Part shown: one piece after another, positions 21,114 through 31,105 of the stretch
How positions within the stretch are numbered: the first letter of the stretch is position 1
Layout of the letters: each line of letters opens with the position of its first letter
NCBI GenBank assembly: GCA_963666835.2
Contig: CAXXGO010000006.1
Span: forward strand, 640,001-704,000
Direction: 5' to 3'
Source: Phycisphaerae bacterium
GTDB taxonomy: Bacteria > Planctomycetota > Phycisphaerae > UBA1845
Length of the DNA: 64,000 nucleotides
Made by a program: the position numbers and the translations under genes
Notes under the pieces: generated by a model
Databases searched by the model: none
The model's input: only the letters and a program-made list of their open reading frames with translations
What the model was told of the DNA's origin: nothing

Positions 21114-22325
21114 ATGGATGTGACTCAGACGGAGAGAGTGGTGGACAAGTCCCGAGCCGTACGGCGGGCGGGCGGTTCGCTCATGCCGATAGACTTGTCG
21201 GCTGAAGCGGGCAACTCCCCGGTCATCGCTCGGGGGAAAGGGGCCGTCGTTACGGACGTCGACGGCAACGAGTATGTCGACCTTACCGGCGGAGGCGGCG
21301 TTCTCGGGCATGCGGACGAACGCATCACCGCCGCAATCAGCAAGACCGCCTCGAAGGGCTACCTTGTCGGTGACATGACTGAGACGCAAGTGCGCCTGGC
21401 TGAACTGGTCGCCAGTTGCTTCCCCGCCGTCGACGTTGTGCGCTTTGTGGACTCCCCGGTCCAGGCGCTGCTTGAATCCGCTTTCCTGGCACGAACTCAT
21501 ACGGGCCGGACCCGAATAATCACCGTGGGCGCCGGCCTGCCCGATTATCTGCGCAGGATTGTCGACTACGAAAGTGATGCGCCGCAGCCGGGGAGCTTCG
21601 CCTACGGCGATGCCGCGGCGGTAAGGAAGTTGCTGAACGAATGCGGTGGTGAGGTCGCGGCCGTGCTCGTTGAACCTCTGGCAACGCATTCCGGGCTAAT
21701 GACGCCCCCCGACGAGTTCCTTCCCGCTTTGCGGACACTCTGCGACGCGCACGGGGCGATGCTCGTGTTTGACGAAACCGCTACGGCCTTTTGCACCGGC
21801 CCGGGCGCAACCCCGACGGCCGGGGGCGTGCTCCCCGATCTGACGGTCCTGAGCTGCAACGTCGCGGGCGGATTACCTTTGGCCGCCTACGGCGGGAAGA
21901 AGAGCGGGCCGATCGGCGCCACCGGCTCGGGAGTCTCGAGTCAGTTGGGTGCCCGGTCGCAAAACGTGCTGGCGATGGCGGCCGGCGTTGCCGCCCTGCA
22001 ATCCGTTGGGGAGCTGGGGTTCTTCACCGAACTTGTGGCCAAGGCGGCTTGTTTGGAGGAGGGCCTTCGATCGGTCGCGGCCGATTATCCCATTCGGATC
22101 GAGCGGGCGGGAAGCCTGCTGGCTTTTGAGTACTCGGACACCGCCGGCGGTACCGGTCCGCCGGATCGGTTCCATGGTTCGATGTTGAACCGGGGCGTGT
22201 TATTGCCGGGCTTGGCGAAGGCTCCCTGGAGAATCTCGGCAGCTCATACCGACGAGCAGATCGACCGAGTGGTCGAAGCTGTTCAGGAGTGCCTGAAAAG
22301 GACCGGTAAGAGCGAAACCGAGTAG
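21114..22325 (+). CDS. Glutamate-1-semialdehyde aminomutase (HemL)-like protein, catalytically degenerate
   Basis: DVDGNEYVD, LARTHTGR, LVFDE, PDLTVLSCNVAGGLPLAAYGG; Cys at the position of the PLP lysine. Confidence 0.8.
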   Translation: MDVTQTERVVDKSRAVRRAGGSLMPIDLSAEAGNSPVIARGKGAVVTDVDGNEYVDLTGGGGVLGHADERITAAISKTASKGYLVGDMTETQVRLAELVASCFPAVDVVRFVDSPVQALLESAFLARTHTGRTRIITVGAGLPDYLRRIVDYESDAPQPGSFAYGDAAAVRKLLNECGGEVAAVLVEPLATHSGLMTPPDEFLPALRTLCDAHGAMLVFDETATAFCTGPGATPTAGGVLPDLTVLSCNVAGGLPLAAYGGKKSGPIGATGSGVSSQLGARSQNVLAMAAGVAALQSVGELGFFTELVAKAACLEEGLRSVAADYPIRIERAGSLLAFEYSDTAGGTGPPDRFHGSMLNRGVLLPGLAKAPWRISAAHTDEQIDRVVEAVQECLKRTGKSETE

Positions 22326-22551
22326 CGGGATGCTCCCGGTGGTCCCGGCCTCCATCCTGAAGACGGCCCCGACGATACCATGTTCGTGAGGGCACCCGCA
22401 GGTGGGATCCGGGGAGAACCCGCATCCGTTTCCGTCGTAGTATTTGTTGTCCGGGCATACGCGGTCCACTAGCGCGCGAGTGCCGCACTGGGCGGCGGGG
22501 CGGATTCCGGAAGTTGACCCCTTTGTTTGCTCTTAGCGAGGGATATAGCGA

Positions 22552-24033
22552 ATGTTGAGACGGACACTGCCGCAGGGGCTGGCGATCGTTTTCGCGCTAA
22601 TGGCCGCCTATTTCAGTTTCAACCTGTTAGTCAAGCACATCCGCGGGGCTTCCGGCCTCTCCTGGTTCGAGGCCACCTGCGAAGCCGGCGGTTCCGAAAG
22701 CGGCGGGGCGAACTGTGACGCAGTCCTGGCGACGCCATTCAGTTACTTGCCGCCGAAATACGAAGGGGATCCGCCCGATAAGTACGTCTTCGGCGGCATC
22801 GGCTTTCAGTTTCCCGCGGCCTTCCTCGGCATGGTCTATTACTCGGGCTTAGCGCTGTGGTTCGTAGGCATCGGACGTCCGGCACGCTCCCGGCGCTGGG
22901 TCCTTCTCACTCCGATGATCGTAATATCGCTGGGCCTGCTCAGCTCCGCCTTCTTTACCTATCTGATGTTCTTCACGGACCTCGAGCAGTGGTGCCCGTG
23001 GTGCATGGTTACGCATGTGCTCAATGTTTTTATAGCGGTTTGCCTGGTGTTCATGTGGCCGAGAGCGACGGAAGAAGAGAAGGATTCGGACCCCGATGAA
23101 GTCGCCGAACACCACCCGCCACAGGGACAGTGGTCCCAACACCCCTCGTCTCGCTTGGTTCTAATGACGGTTCTTGCCATCCTGCTCGTGGCTTTCGGGC
23201 AGTTGCAGCTCATGGGCCGGTCAATCCTGAGCAAGAACGCCAAAGCGATCGAGGGCCAGTACAAGCGCTTGCTGGCCGAGGTGCGGTCCATTCAGAAAGA
23301 CGGCGCCAAACTCGTCCGGCAATGGAAGTCGGCCGAGGCGCACGAGATTCCGATTCGCGCCGACGACCCCATCTGGCGGTCTCCCGAATCGAAGCACGCT
23401 CCGATGACCGTGGTCGTTTTCAGCGACATGGAGTGTCCGGCCTGCAAGTCGTTTTGCCACTTCCTGCACGACAAGGTCCAACCGTTGTTCGACAACAACC
23501 TGGCGATCGTTTTCAGGCATTATCCCCTGGACCCCAGGTGCAATCCGTACGTCAGCAAGAAAGTCCATCCGCACGCGTGTTACGGCACACGCTTGGCGGA
23601 GGCAGCCCGGATCTTGTCCGGTAACGACGGCTTCTGGAAGGTACACGATTATCTCTACGATAACTCGGCGCGTCTGCGGCGCGCGCAGGTGACTCCGGAC
23701 GAGATCGCCGAACTTCTGCAAGTGGATCTGCCCACCCTGCGCGAGACGATGGAGTCCGAAGCGATCACGGCACGCATCAAAGAAGATTGCGACAAGGCCA
23801 ACGAACTCGAGTTGCGCGGCACCCCCGCGGCGTATATCAGTGGACGCCCGGTCGGCCTGTTACACTCGCGGGAGATCAACTTCTGGGATAAGATGGCGGA
23901 CCTTTACTGGGCCAGTATCAAAGTGCCCCGACCCGAATCCACCGTACTCTATCGGCCGGAAGACGCAGCGGCGGCCCCGCAGTTACCGGAGGAGGCTACT
24001 CCAGATAACCCAGGTCGGCCAGCCGGTCCGTAA
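22552..24033 (+). CDS. VKOR-DsbA/thioredoxin fusion
   Basis: VKOR cysteines (CEA..., CDAVL, WCPWC) with TMs, then FSDMECPAC, FRHYPL, GTP. Confidence 0.88.
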   Translation: MLRRTLPQGLAIVFALMAAYFSFNLLVKHIRGASGLSWFEATCEAGGSESGGANCDAVLATPFSYLPPKYEGDPPDKYVFGGIGFQFPAAFLGMVYYSGLALWFVGIGRPARSRRWVLLTPMIVISLGLLSSAFFTYLMFFTDLEQWCPWCMVTHVLNVFIAVCLVFMWPRATEEEKDSDPDEVAEHHPPQGQWSQHPSSRLVLMTVLAILLVAFGQLQLMGRSILSKNAKAIEGQYKRLLAEVRSIQKDGAKLVRQWKSAEAHEIPIRADDPIWRSPESKHAPMTVVVFSDMECPACKSFCHFLHDKVQPLFDNNLAIVFRHYPLDPRCNPYVSKKVHPHACYGTRLAEAARILSGNDGFWKVHDYLYDNSARLRRAQVTPDEIAELLQVDLPTLRETMESEAITARIKEDCDKANELELRGTPAAYISGRPVGLLHSREINFWDKMADLYWASIKVPRPESTVLYRPEDAAAAPQLPEEATPDNPGRPAGP

Positions 24034-25651
24034 CCTGCTGCAGGTCTTCTTCGGAATAGGCCTCGCCGTCCGTGGCGTCGGCGGTTGCCGCTCGAGCGGT
24101 CTCGGTCTCAATGATCGGCGGCGTAGCGAAGGCCTCGGTAACCACCCTGCCCTCCATGTCGTCGGGAATGCGCAAACCGAGCAGCGTCATAATCGTCGGG
24201 GCACAATCTACAAGGTGACAATCAACCGTCACTCCCTTGGCAATCCCCGGCCCGCACGCCGTGAACACGCCGTTGGGGCGATGGGTACCCTCCAACCGGC
24301 GAAACGGCAGCCATTGCACCGGTTTCCGGCCGCGGATCTTACGCACCACCGCCAGCGAATCATGCGGCGTGAGAATCAGATCCGGAAGCCACGGCTGGCT
24401 CTTGCGAGTGCATCCGTAAAGCTCCTCCGGTTTGTGCGCGGCGCTGAAGAGCTGCACGGTTCGCCCCTGCGGGTCTCGCACCGCACATTCCTCGCCCAGA
24501 AAACGGTCGCGCAGTTCATCTCGCAGAGAGTCGTATTCCGCTTGAGGGACGATTCCGGTGGGTTGGCGACCCTCGAGGTTCAAGTATAGGAACCCGGCCA
24601 TACCGGCATGCATCACACACGCCTTCGTTTTTGCGAAGTCAACCGCCAGGTCGTGCCCGATATCTCCGGTTCGGGCGAACCGCTTCGTCCGCCCCCGCCA
24701 GCGGTCCCACATATACCGACCCCGCGTTGCCTTCTGGGCGGCTCCGCCACGCAGAACCAGGTATCCCCACTGCTGCAGCAGGAGGTTGGGCTGTACCTTG
24801 CCCTCCAGACTGCCGTGGCCGTGGTCGGACACGATCATCACGGCCGCGCGGTGGTCTTCCGCATAATCAAGCAGCGTTCCGAGTGCCCGGTCGGCCTCGT
24901 GGAAGCACTGCTTGGCGAGGTCGCGGCGGTGCGGGTTGCGGTCCGACCAGCGCGGGTCGAGATATCGCCAGGTCTTGTGCTGGAGGTTGTCGGTGAGTTT
25001 GAACACCACCATTAACGCATCCCACCCGAGCTCGTCGCCCAACCAGGTCGTCATCTCGGCGCCCTGGTGGAAGCTGCGCGACATGTAGGCGATGTTCTCC
25101 GCAAACAGCCGATCTCCCCAAAAGGTCTTGCGCCGCCATTTGGACCGCAGCGTCGGGTCCGGCCAGCGCTGAAGGATCTGGGGTTTGAGTTCCGGTGGGT
25201 AGACAAAGTCCGAGTCCGGACCGGGGGTTTCAAACCCACTGACCAAGAACCCGTTTACGGGAATCGGCGGATAGGTCATCGGGACGTTGACGCTCCCGAC
25301 CTTCAGGCCTTTATCGCTGAGAATCTGCCAGAGGTTCCGCACGTGCTCGAGGCACCGGGTGCTGTTCATCTCCAGTTGGTTCGTATTAACGTCGTAACGC
25401 TCGAAGTCGATGATCCCGTGGGAGCCCGGCTGCTTTCCCGTCAAGAAGGTCGTCCAAGCCGCCGGGGTGATCGGCGGGACCGTCGAGTGCAACGTCCCCG
25501 CCGCCCCCGACTCCACGGCTTCGCGCAGCCGCGGCATGTGCCCCTCGGCCATAAGCGGGTTCAGCACATCGAACGTTGCCCCGTCCAGTCCGACAACGAG
25601 CACGCGCTCGGCGCCGGCGGGCAGATCGCGTTCCCCAGCAGGTGTGTTCAT
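23996..25651 (-). CDS. Alkaline phosphatase / nucleotide pyrophosphatase family protein
   Basis: GLDGAT, STVPPITPAAWTT, SDHG, GTHRPNG, RLADLGYL. Confidence 0.9.
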   Translation of the reverse strand: MNTPAGERDLPAGAERVLVVGLDGATFDVLNPLMAEGHMPRLREAVESGAAGTLHSTVPPITPAAWTTFLTGKQPGSHGIIDFERYDVNTNQLEMNSTRCLEHVRNLWQILSDKGLKVGSVNVPMTYPPIPVNGFLVSGFETPGPDSDFVYPPELKPQILQRWPDPTLRSKWRRKTFWGDRLFAENIAYMSRSFHQGAEMTTWLGDELGWDALMVVFKLTDNLQHKTWRYLDPRWSDRNPHRRDLAKQCFHEADRALGTLLDYAEDHRAAVMIVSDHGHGSLEGKVQPNLLLQQWGYLVLRGGAAQKATRGRYMWDRWRGRTKRFARTGDIGHDLAVDFAKTKACVMHAGMAGFLYLNLEGRQPTGIVPQAEYDSLRDELRDRFLGEECAVRDPQGRTVQLFSAAHKPEELYGCTRKSQPWLPDLILTPHDSLAVVRKIRGRKPVQWLPFRRLEGTHRPNGVFTACGPGIAKGVTVDCHLVDCAPTIMTLLGLRIPDDMEGRVVTEAFATPPIIETETARAATADATDGEAYSEEDLQQVTDRLADLGYLE

Positions 25652-25973
25652 GATATCCTCCAACACCTCTCCCGAGCACGGGCCCGGGGTAAGTGCTCCG
25701 AACCTCGGGTCGTTATCCGCCCGGCCCCGTTCTCAAGGCCGGGGAGTCTAGTGATCGGCCTTGACGTTTGCAACGTGGCGACCGTACGACTATATACGCT
25801 AGCAGCTTCCGGGCCACTCGTGGTATCGTGCCCGGTGTGAACAGTACCCCCAGCGTCGGTCGCAACCGTTGCACTGTCCGTCGGAACGTGCGGCAAAGCG
25901 GCCCGGAAACGCAGCATCAGGTTTTGTTAGCACCCTCGCTGGCCCTACTTGGCGGCGGCGGAGTCGAGATACA

Positions 25974-26750
25974 ATGAAGATCATTCGCCACCCCAGCGTT
26001 TACCTCATCGGTCGCCAGATGTTGGACGAAGAGGAGGTCCGGCGCTTCCTCAAGGACCACGACGTGCCGGATTGGAATACCGACACAACCGTCGCCGGCG
26101 AAGTGCTGCCGGAAATCGCCGGCCGGCTGTGCTACATGAGCTTTGCGAAGCCCAGGCCGGGTGGAAACAAGGCGTATCTGGACCACATCAAAGATGTGGG
26201 GCACGGCAGCGTACTCGAACACACGGTTTGGGATTTCATCATTACGGGCGTCTCGCGCTCGTTCACGCATGAGCTGGTCCGCCACCGGGCCGGATTCGGG
26301 TACTCCCAGTTGTCCCAGAGGTACGTCGACGAGTCCGTGGCGGACTTCATCGAGCCGGACTGCATCGCATCCGACCCGGAGCTTCACGAAACCTGGCGGG
26401 CGGCCGTAGAATCCGCCCAGGAGGCGTATGTGAAGTTGGTAAACGGGCTGAATCGGCGGTTCGAAGGGATCGAGGACAAGACGCTCCGCCGGAAGATGGC
26501 TCGCCAGGCAGCCCGGTCCGTGCTCCCCAACGCCACCGAGACCAAGATCTTCGTCAGCGCGAACGCCCGAGCCCTTCGACATTTCATCGAGCTGAGGTGC
26601 AACGAACACGCCGAGACGGAGATCCGCGCGGTCGCCGGGCAGATGCTCGACATTCTCCGCCGGGAAGCCCCCGGCATTTTCGGGGACTACGAGGATCTGA
26701 TGCTCCCCGACGGTTCTCGAGCCGCCAGAACCGCAAGTCAGAAGGTGTGA
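25974..26750 (+). CDS. thyX: FAD-dependent thymidylate synthase
   Basis: GHGSVLEH, RHRx7SQR motif, ARSVLPNA, LRC. Confidence 0.95.
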   Translation: MKIIRHPSVYLIGRQMLDEEEVRRFLKDHDVPDWNTDTTVAGEVLPEIAGRLCYMSFAKPRPGGNKAYLDHIKDVGHGSVLEHTVWDFIITGVSRSFTHELVRHRAGFGYSQLSQRYVDESVADFIEPDCIASDPELHETWRAAVESAQEAYVKLVNGLNRRFEGIEDKTLRRKMARQAARSVLPNATETKIFVSANARALRHFIELRCNEHAETEIRAVAGQMLDILRREAPGIFGDYEDLMLPDGSRAARTASQKV

Positions 26751-26988
26751 GCAGTTCTCGCCGCACTCGCCGGCGAGGGCTGTCTTGGATAACATGCCCG
26801 ATGCCATGTTCCCGCGGAGGGGAGAGGTGTAAGCCTCGCTTTGGCATGCGACGTGCCCTATTCTCGGGGTCGGGACTCTACCTGTCCGCAGGCAATTGGC
26901 GTGATGACGGTCTGCTGGCCGATGATTGGGGGAACGGCTGACGCTGTGCCCCCAGGCGGGACTGCGGAGTCCGTTCGAGGAAAAGAAG

Positions 26989-28308
26989 ATGCTGGGAATC
27001 AAGCCACAAGACAGACCGGACCGCGAGGGGGCTCGCTGGATCGGTCCGGCTCCGTGGATTCAAACGGCTCTGCCCGGACCGGATGCGGCCGTGGTGATAG
27101 ACCGCGATAGGCGGGTAAGTTCACACTCCTACAGCGAAGCTCTCCCGCTCGTGGTGCGTCGGGGTCACGGTTCGGTGCTCGAAGACGTCGACGGAAACCG
27201 TTTCCTGGATTTCGGTGCAGGTACTGCGGTATGCGCAACCGGGCATTGCCACCCGAGGGTGGCTGCCGCCGCCGAAGCGCAGCTTCACTCGCTGATTCAC
27301 ATTCCCGGACACGATTTCCATTATCCGATTGCCACGGAGGTAATGGAACGTCTCGTCTCAATCACCCCCGGAACGGAGCCCAAGCGCGTCCTGTTGACCA
27401 ACAGTGGCGCAGAAGCGGTTGAGGCGGCGATCAAGCTGGCGTGGCATCACACCGGGCGCAAGGGCATAATCGCGTTTCGAGGTGCGGACCATGGGCGTAC
27501 TATGGGGGCTCTCACCGTTACCTGCTCGAAGGTCGAGCAGTGGGAAGGGGCCCCGCTCCAATCCGTAGTCGAACACGTGCCCTTCGGAGATGTCGAAGCG
27601 CTGGAGACCCACGTCCTGCGCGGCAAACTGCCGACGAAAGACGTGGCCGCCATTTTCGTCGAAGCCATTCAGGGCGAAGGCGGCTATAACGTGCCCGCGC
27701 CGGAGTTTCTGCCTCGCTTGCGGTCCCTGTGTGACGAGCATGGGATTCTGCTGATTTGCGATGAGATTCAATCCGGAGTCGGGCGGACCGGGAAGTGGTT
27801 TGCCTTCGAGCATTTCGGCGTTGTGCCCGATGTCGTTCTGCTGGCCAAAGGGATTGCCAGCGGCATGCCGCTCGGAGCGGTTGTTTCGAAAGCCGCGGTC
27901 ACGGACTGGCCCAACGGGCCGCAACGCAGTACCTTCGCCGGCAGCCCGGTGAGCTGCGCTGCGGCACTGGCGACACTCGATCTCGTCGAATCCGGGTACA
28001 TGGCCAACGCCGCTCGTCTGGGTGTCATTCTCAAAGACGCTTTGACCGACATAGCAGGTAAGACCAAAGTCTTATCCAACGTGCGCGGTCTCGGGCTGAT
28101 GTGCGGAGTGGACACCATCAACCGCAAGACCGGCAAGGCGGATGTGCGGCTCCGGCGAAGGTTATTGTACAGTTGCTTCGAGCGCGGGCTTTTACTTCTG
28201 CCCTGCGGCGAATCCGGAATCCGCTTCTGTCCCCCCATGTGCATCAACGAAGCCCAACTGGACGTAGGCCTGAAGGTATTCACCGAAGGCGTAGCGACAG
28301 TTACCTGA
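26989..28308 (+). CDS. PLP-dependent aminotransferase class III (GABA/acetylornithine type)
   Basis: NSGAEAVE, HGRT, DEIQSGVGRTG, LAKGIASG with the catalytic Lys intact. Confidence 0.9.
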   Translation: MLGIKPQDRPDREGARWIGPAPWIQTALPGPDAAVVIDRDRRVSSHSYSEALPLVVRRGHGSVLEDVDGNRFLDFGAGTAVCATGHCHPRVAAAAEAQLHSLIHIPGHDFHYPIATEVMERLVSITPGTEPKRVLLTNSGAEAVEAAIKLAWHHTGRKGIIAFRGADHGRTMGALTVTCSKVEQWEGAPLQSVVEHVPFGDVEALETHVLRGKLPTKDVAAIFVEAIQGEGGYNVPAPEFLPRLRSLCDEHGILLICDEIQSGVGRTGKWFAFEHFGVVPDVVLLAKGIASGMPLGAVVSKAAVTDWPNGPQRSTFAGSPVSCAAALATLDLVESGYMANAARLGVILKDALTDIAGKTKVLSNVRGLGLMCGVDTINRKTGKADVRLRRRLLYSCFERGLLLLPCGESGIRFCPPMCINEAQLDVGLKVFTEGVATVT

Positions 28309-28322
28309 CAGCGGCAACCCTC

Positions 28323-28688
28323 GTAGGGCATGGTCGAGGCACGAGACCTGCCATGGCTGGTGGCATGGACAAGCGTAGCTCGTGCGCAATTCAGCTCGCC
28401 GTACGCTCGGGGATTACGCGTTGCCGGCATGGACGCTTGCAGCTTGGCCGTGGACGCCCGCGACGTGTGACACTCCACGGGTCAACAAGCTGACCCATGC
28501 CACCGAGGTGGCAGCCCTCGTAGGGCATGGTCGAGGTACGAGACCTGCCATGGTGGGTGCGTGTGCGAGCGTAGGCGGCGCGGCGCGCACCAAGGCATGC
28601 CCACATGACGGCGTCATGGCATGATGTCGACACGTCTTCGCGCAAAAGACGATGTGGTGGCAGGTCTCGTTCCTCGACCGTGCCCTAC
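28323..28688. repeat. Cluster of REP-like elements (3x family A, 1x family C)
   Basis: Family A at 28323-28352 (+), 28520-28549 (+), 28659-28688 (-); family C CCACGGGTCAACAAGYTGACCCATGCCACC at 28475-28504. Confidence 0.88.
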
Positions 28689-29071
28689 AACCGCCGATGA
28701 CGGGCTGCCCATGCCGCCGGCGTCATCGATCATACTGCAGGCCGGATGCTTGCGCTACTGTGCGACCCGCCGGTCGCGCGCCGCGCCAAATGCAATCCTA
28801 AGCGGCGACCGGTCGTTCCACCGGCAGGCCCGCCCAGGCCGGGGCCCGGGAATCAGTATTGCGTTTTCAGCGGATTGGTTAGGAGAGGCTCAAAACCGGT
28901 CCTGCTCTGTCTGGATGGACCCCGCCCCGTTTCGCTCCCGCAGGCCGCAGCAGGCCGCCCGCTGGGCACACCGGGGTGCAAGAAAAAGACGGTTGCACTA
29001 GATCGCCGGAAGGCGTAGTCTGAGAGGTGAAGGTCTTGAATCCAGTGCCGTTTCCAGTAAGGTCCTTCATG

Positions 29072-29170
29072 AACCTCCCCCCTTGCCGAGGGGGGATCGA
29101 GGGGGTCTATTCCGACCGAGCGGAACCTCCCCCAACCCCTCCTCGGTAAGGAGGGGAGGAAGAAACGCAA
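29072..29170. repeat. REP-like family E (CCCCCTTG..AGGGGGGATCGAGGGG and CCCCTCCTCGGTAAGGAGGGG double hairpin)
   Basis: Homologous to about 55259-55355. Confidence 0.75.
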
Positions 29171-29220
29171 CTACCTTCATGGAAATGGCACCAGGTTGCC
29201 CGGGTTGAGGAGTCGTTCGA

Positions 29221-29724
29221 ATGCGCAAGCCAATGATTGTCGTAGCGATTCTGGGTGTGGTCGGTTTGGCGGTAACGTCCTGCGTATCCTCTCGTGCGAG
29301 AACGTGCGAGCGGCACGAAATGGCGCGCCACGGCGAGAAGTGGATAGACAACGCCCGACTCCGGAAGATCATGCGGGAGCTGGACCACGAAGTATCAACG
29401 TATTGGCCTCAGGGGATCGAGGACAAGTACTCGTCCGCCTGTGCGGCCAAAACCGGGCGCTGTCTCGAGGAAGCCTGCTGGCTCGCTGAAGGACTCGTCA
29501 AAGCGGCGGATAAGATCCCGGCCGCCGTGGCCGGTATCGAGCTTTGTGAAATGGACGAGCGGACCCTTCTGGCGCAAACCGAAGTGCTGCGAGCGCAAGC
29601 TTCGGAACTGGAGGCCGTGGCCTGCGCGTCCAACCTCGACCGAATGCGTCGCGTTCTTATCTCCATCAGAACGACCTGCACCTCGTGCCACGATCGCTTC
29701 CGCGACCCGGCACGCGGTCACTAG
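29221..29724 (+). CDS. Putative exported cytochrome c (four-helix c'-like)
   Basis: Signal or lipoprotein N-terminus, helical body, C-terminal CTSCH haem motif. Confidence 0.7.
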   Translation: MRKPMIVVAILGVVGLAVTSCVSSRARTCERHEMARHGEKWIDNARLRKIMRELDHEVSTYWPQGIEDKYSSACAAKTGRCLEEACWLAEGLVKAADKIPAAVAGIELCEMDERTLLAQTEVLRAQASELEAVACASNLDRMRRVLISIRTTCTSCHDRFRDPARGH

Positions 29725-29762
29725 CCGATTGCCCCGAAACACACCGGCCACTCTCTACGCGG

Positions 29763-30099
29763 GTGTGCCGCTGCTCTTGAGCGATGCAGGATTGTAGTTG
29801 GCGTATGACCTGCCGGTGGCACTCTATGTAGGGCACGGTCGAGGCACGAGACCTGCCGCAGAATCTCGCCTAACACGCGAGGCTGTGCCGCCCCAAAGGG
29901 GTCGAGTACTAGACGGCCGCGCAGTCCTCCAGGACGGGTGGCCCATGGCTTTAGCCGTGGGGGACGCGACGGTATCATCGCGGCAGGTCTCGTACCTCGA
30001 CCTGCCCTACAGGAAGTGACGACTGGATGTCATAACCCAACTCACCGGCCTGTGGAGATTAACGCACGGACGGGTGGCCCATGGCTTTAGCCGTGGGGG
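29763..30099. repeat. Mixed REP cluster (family B, inverted family A pair, 2x family D GGGTGGCCCATGGCTTTAGCCGTGGGG)
   Basis: Family A at 29828-29857 (+) and 29982-30010 (-); family D near 29936 and 30072. Confidence 0.82.
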
Positions 30100-30221
30100 A
30101 CACGAGCCCGCCGGTGGATCGCCCCCCCGCCCTACAGACTCCGATGCGATCCCGACCCCATTAGTGTCACCAGGCTTGCACCCTCGTCGTTACACGCATC
30201 CTTTGCCTCAGTCGCAACGCC

Positions 30222-30932
30222 TCACGAGCCGGTCCCCACGGCGTGTAGCGGGTCGATAAGGCTCGCATCGGTGAAGGCAACGTCTCTGGCCAGACACGCT
30301 TCGCAACGACCACAGGGGTGCGGGTTCTTGCCAAGACAGGTTCGCGTCCTCTGCAAAGGCAGTTCGAACCGCTGGGCCAGCTTGATTATGTCGTGATACA
30401 CAACGTTCATCAGCGGCGCTTCCGCCACAACGGCCGAGCGGCCGGACGATGCGGTCTCGAGCATGATGTTGAAGGCGTGGATCAGCTCCTGCAGCCGGTC
30501 GGTGTGCCCGTCCGGCTGCGGCAGCCCCAGGTGAGTGGCAACGCATCGGGCCGATAACCCGGTCACCAGGCGGCTCGCCCCCACCTGGATCGCAACCTGA
30601 GCCCCGGCGGATAGCAGGACCGGCACCAGCCCCAGCAGGGACACGGCCGAGGGCTCCTGCGGACCCGCCGCCTCCCCGCGACGCTTGGATCCGGGCTCCC
30701 GGGCCAAGCCGTGAAGCCAGTCCTGGACCTGGACCACGTGAGGCAACGCCACCGTAATCGCCCGAGCCTTCGGCATGGCGGCGGCGATCGCCCGGACGGC
30801 CTCCTTCTCCGGCACCGCCGCGGATTGTCCGTAGTCCACGTGTACGAACGTAATCTCGTGGTCGCGGCCGTACCGGGCGGCGGCGACCGCCCCCTTGATC
30901 CCTCCGCCTGTAATGGCAACGATCGATTCCAC
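30222..30932 (-). CDS. QueC-like PP-loop protein with degenerate ATP motif
   Basis: VDYGQ, EAPL, TRTC...PCGRCEAC Zn motif; SGGxDS replaced by GGGIKG; GTG start after AAGGAGGT. Confidence 0.8.
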   Translation of the reverse strand: MESIVAITGGGIKGAVAAARYGRDHEITFVHVDYGQSAAVPEKEAVRAIAAAMPKARAITVALPHVVQVQDWLHGLAREPGSKRRGEAAGPQEPSAVSLLGLVPVLLSAGAQVAIQVGASRLVTGLSARCVATHLGLPQPDGHTDRLQELIHAFNIMLETASSGRSAVVAEAPLMNVVYHDIIKLAQRFELPLQRTRTCLGKNPHPCGRCEACLARDVAFTDASLIDPLHAVGTGS

Positions 30933-31105
30933 GAAGCCACCTCCTTCGCGATACGCTTTCACTTTGTATACTTATCGGCATGCTCGGTGGACCCGGGACA
31001 CCGAAACCGAACGTGACGCTGGCACGCAGTTTGTAACAGCGCCCGAGAGAGTCGTATTGCACCGATTACTGCGACGTTTGTTGCCGTAACCTTTAGGAGT
31101 CAGCT

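Noticed and set aside
23996..24033. 38-bp convergent overlap of the VKOR-DsbA and phosphatase genes
   Set aside because: Short tail-to-tail overlaps are common; no further signal
28382..29070. Short ORFs in REP-rich gaps and long antisense ORFs such as 5179..6645 and 36648..38120
   Set aside because: Shadow ORFs expected in high-GC DNA, with no motifs or RBS support
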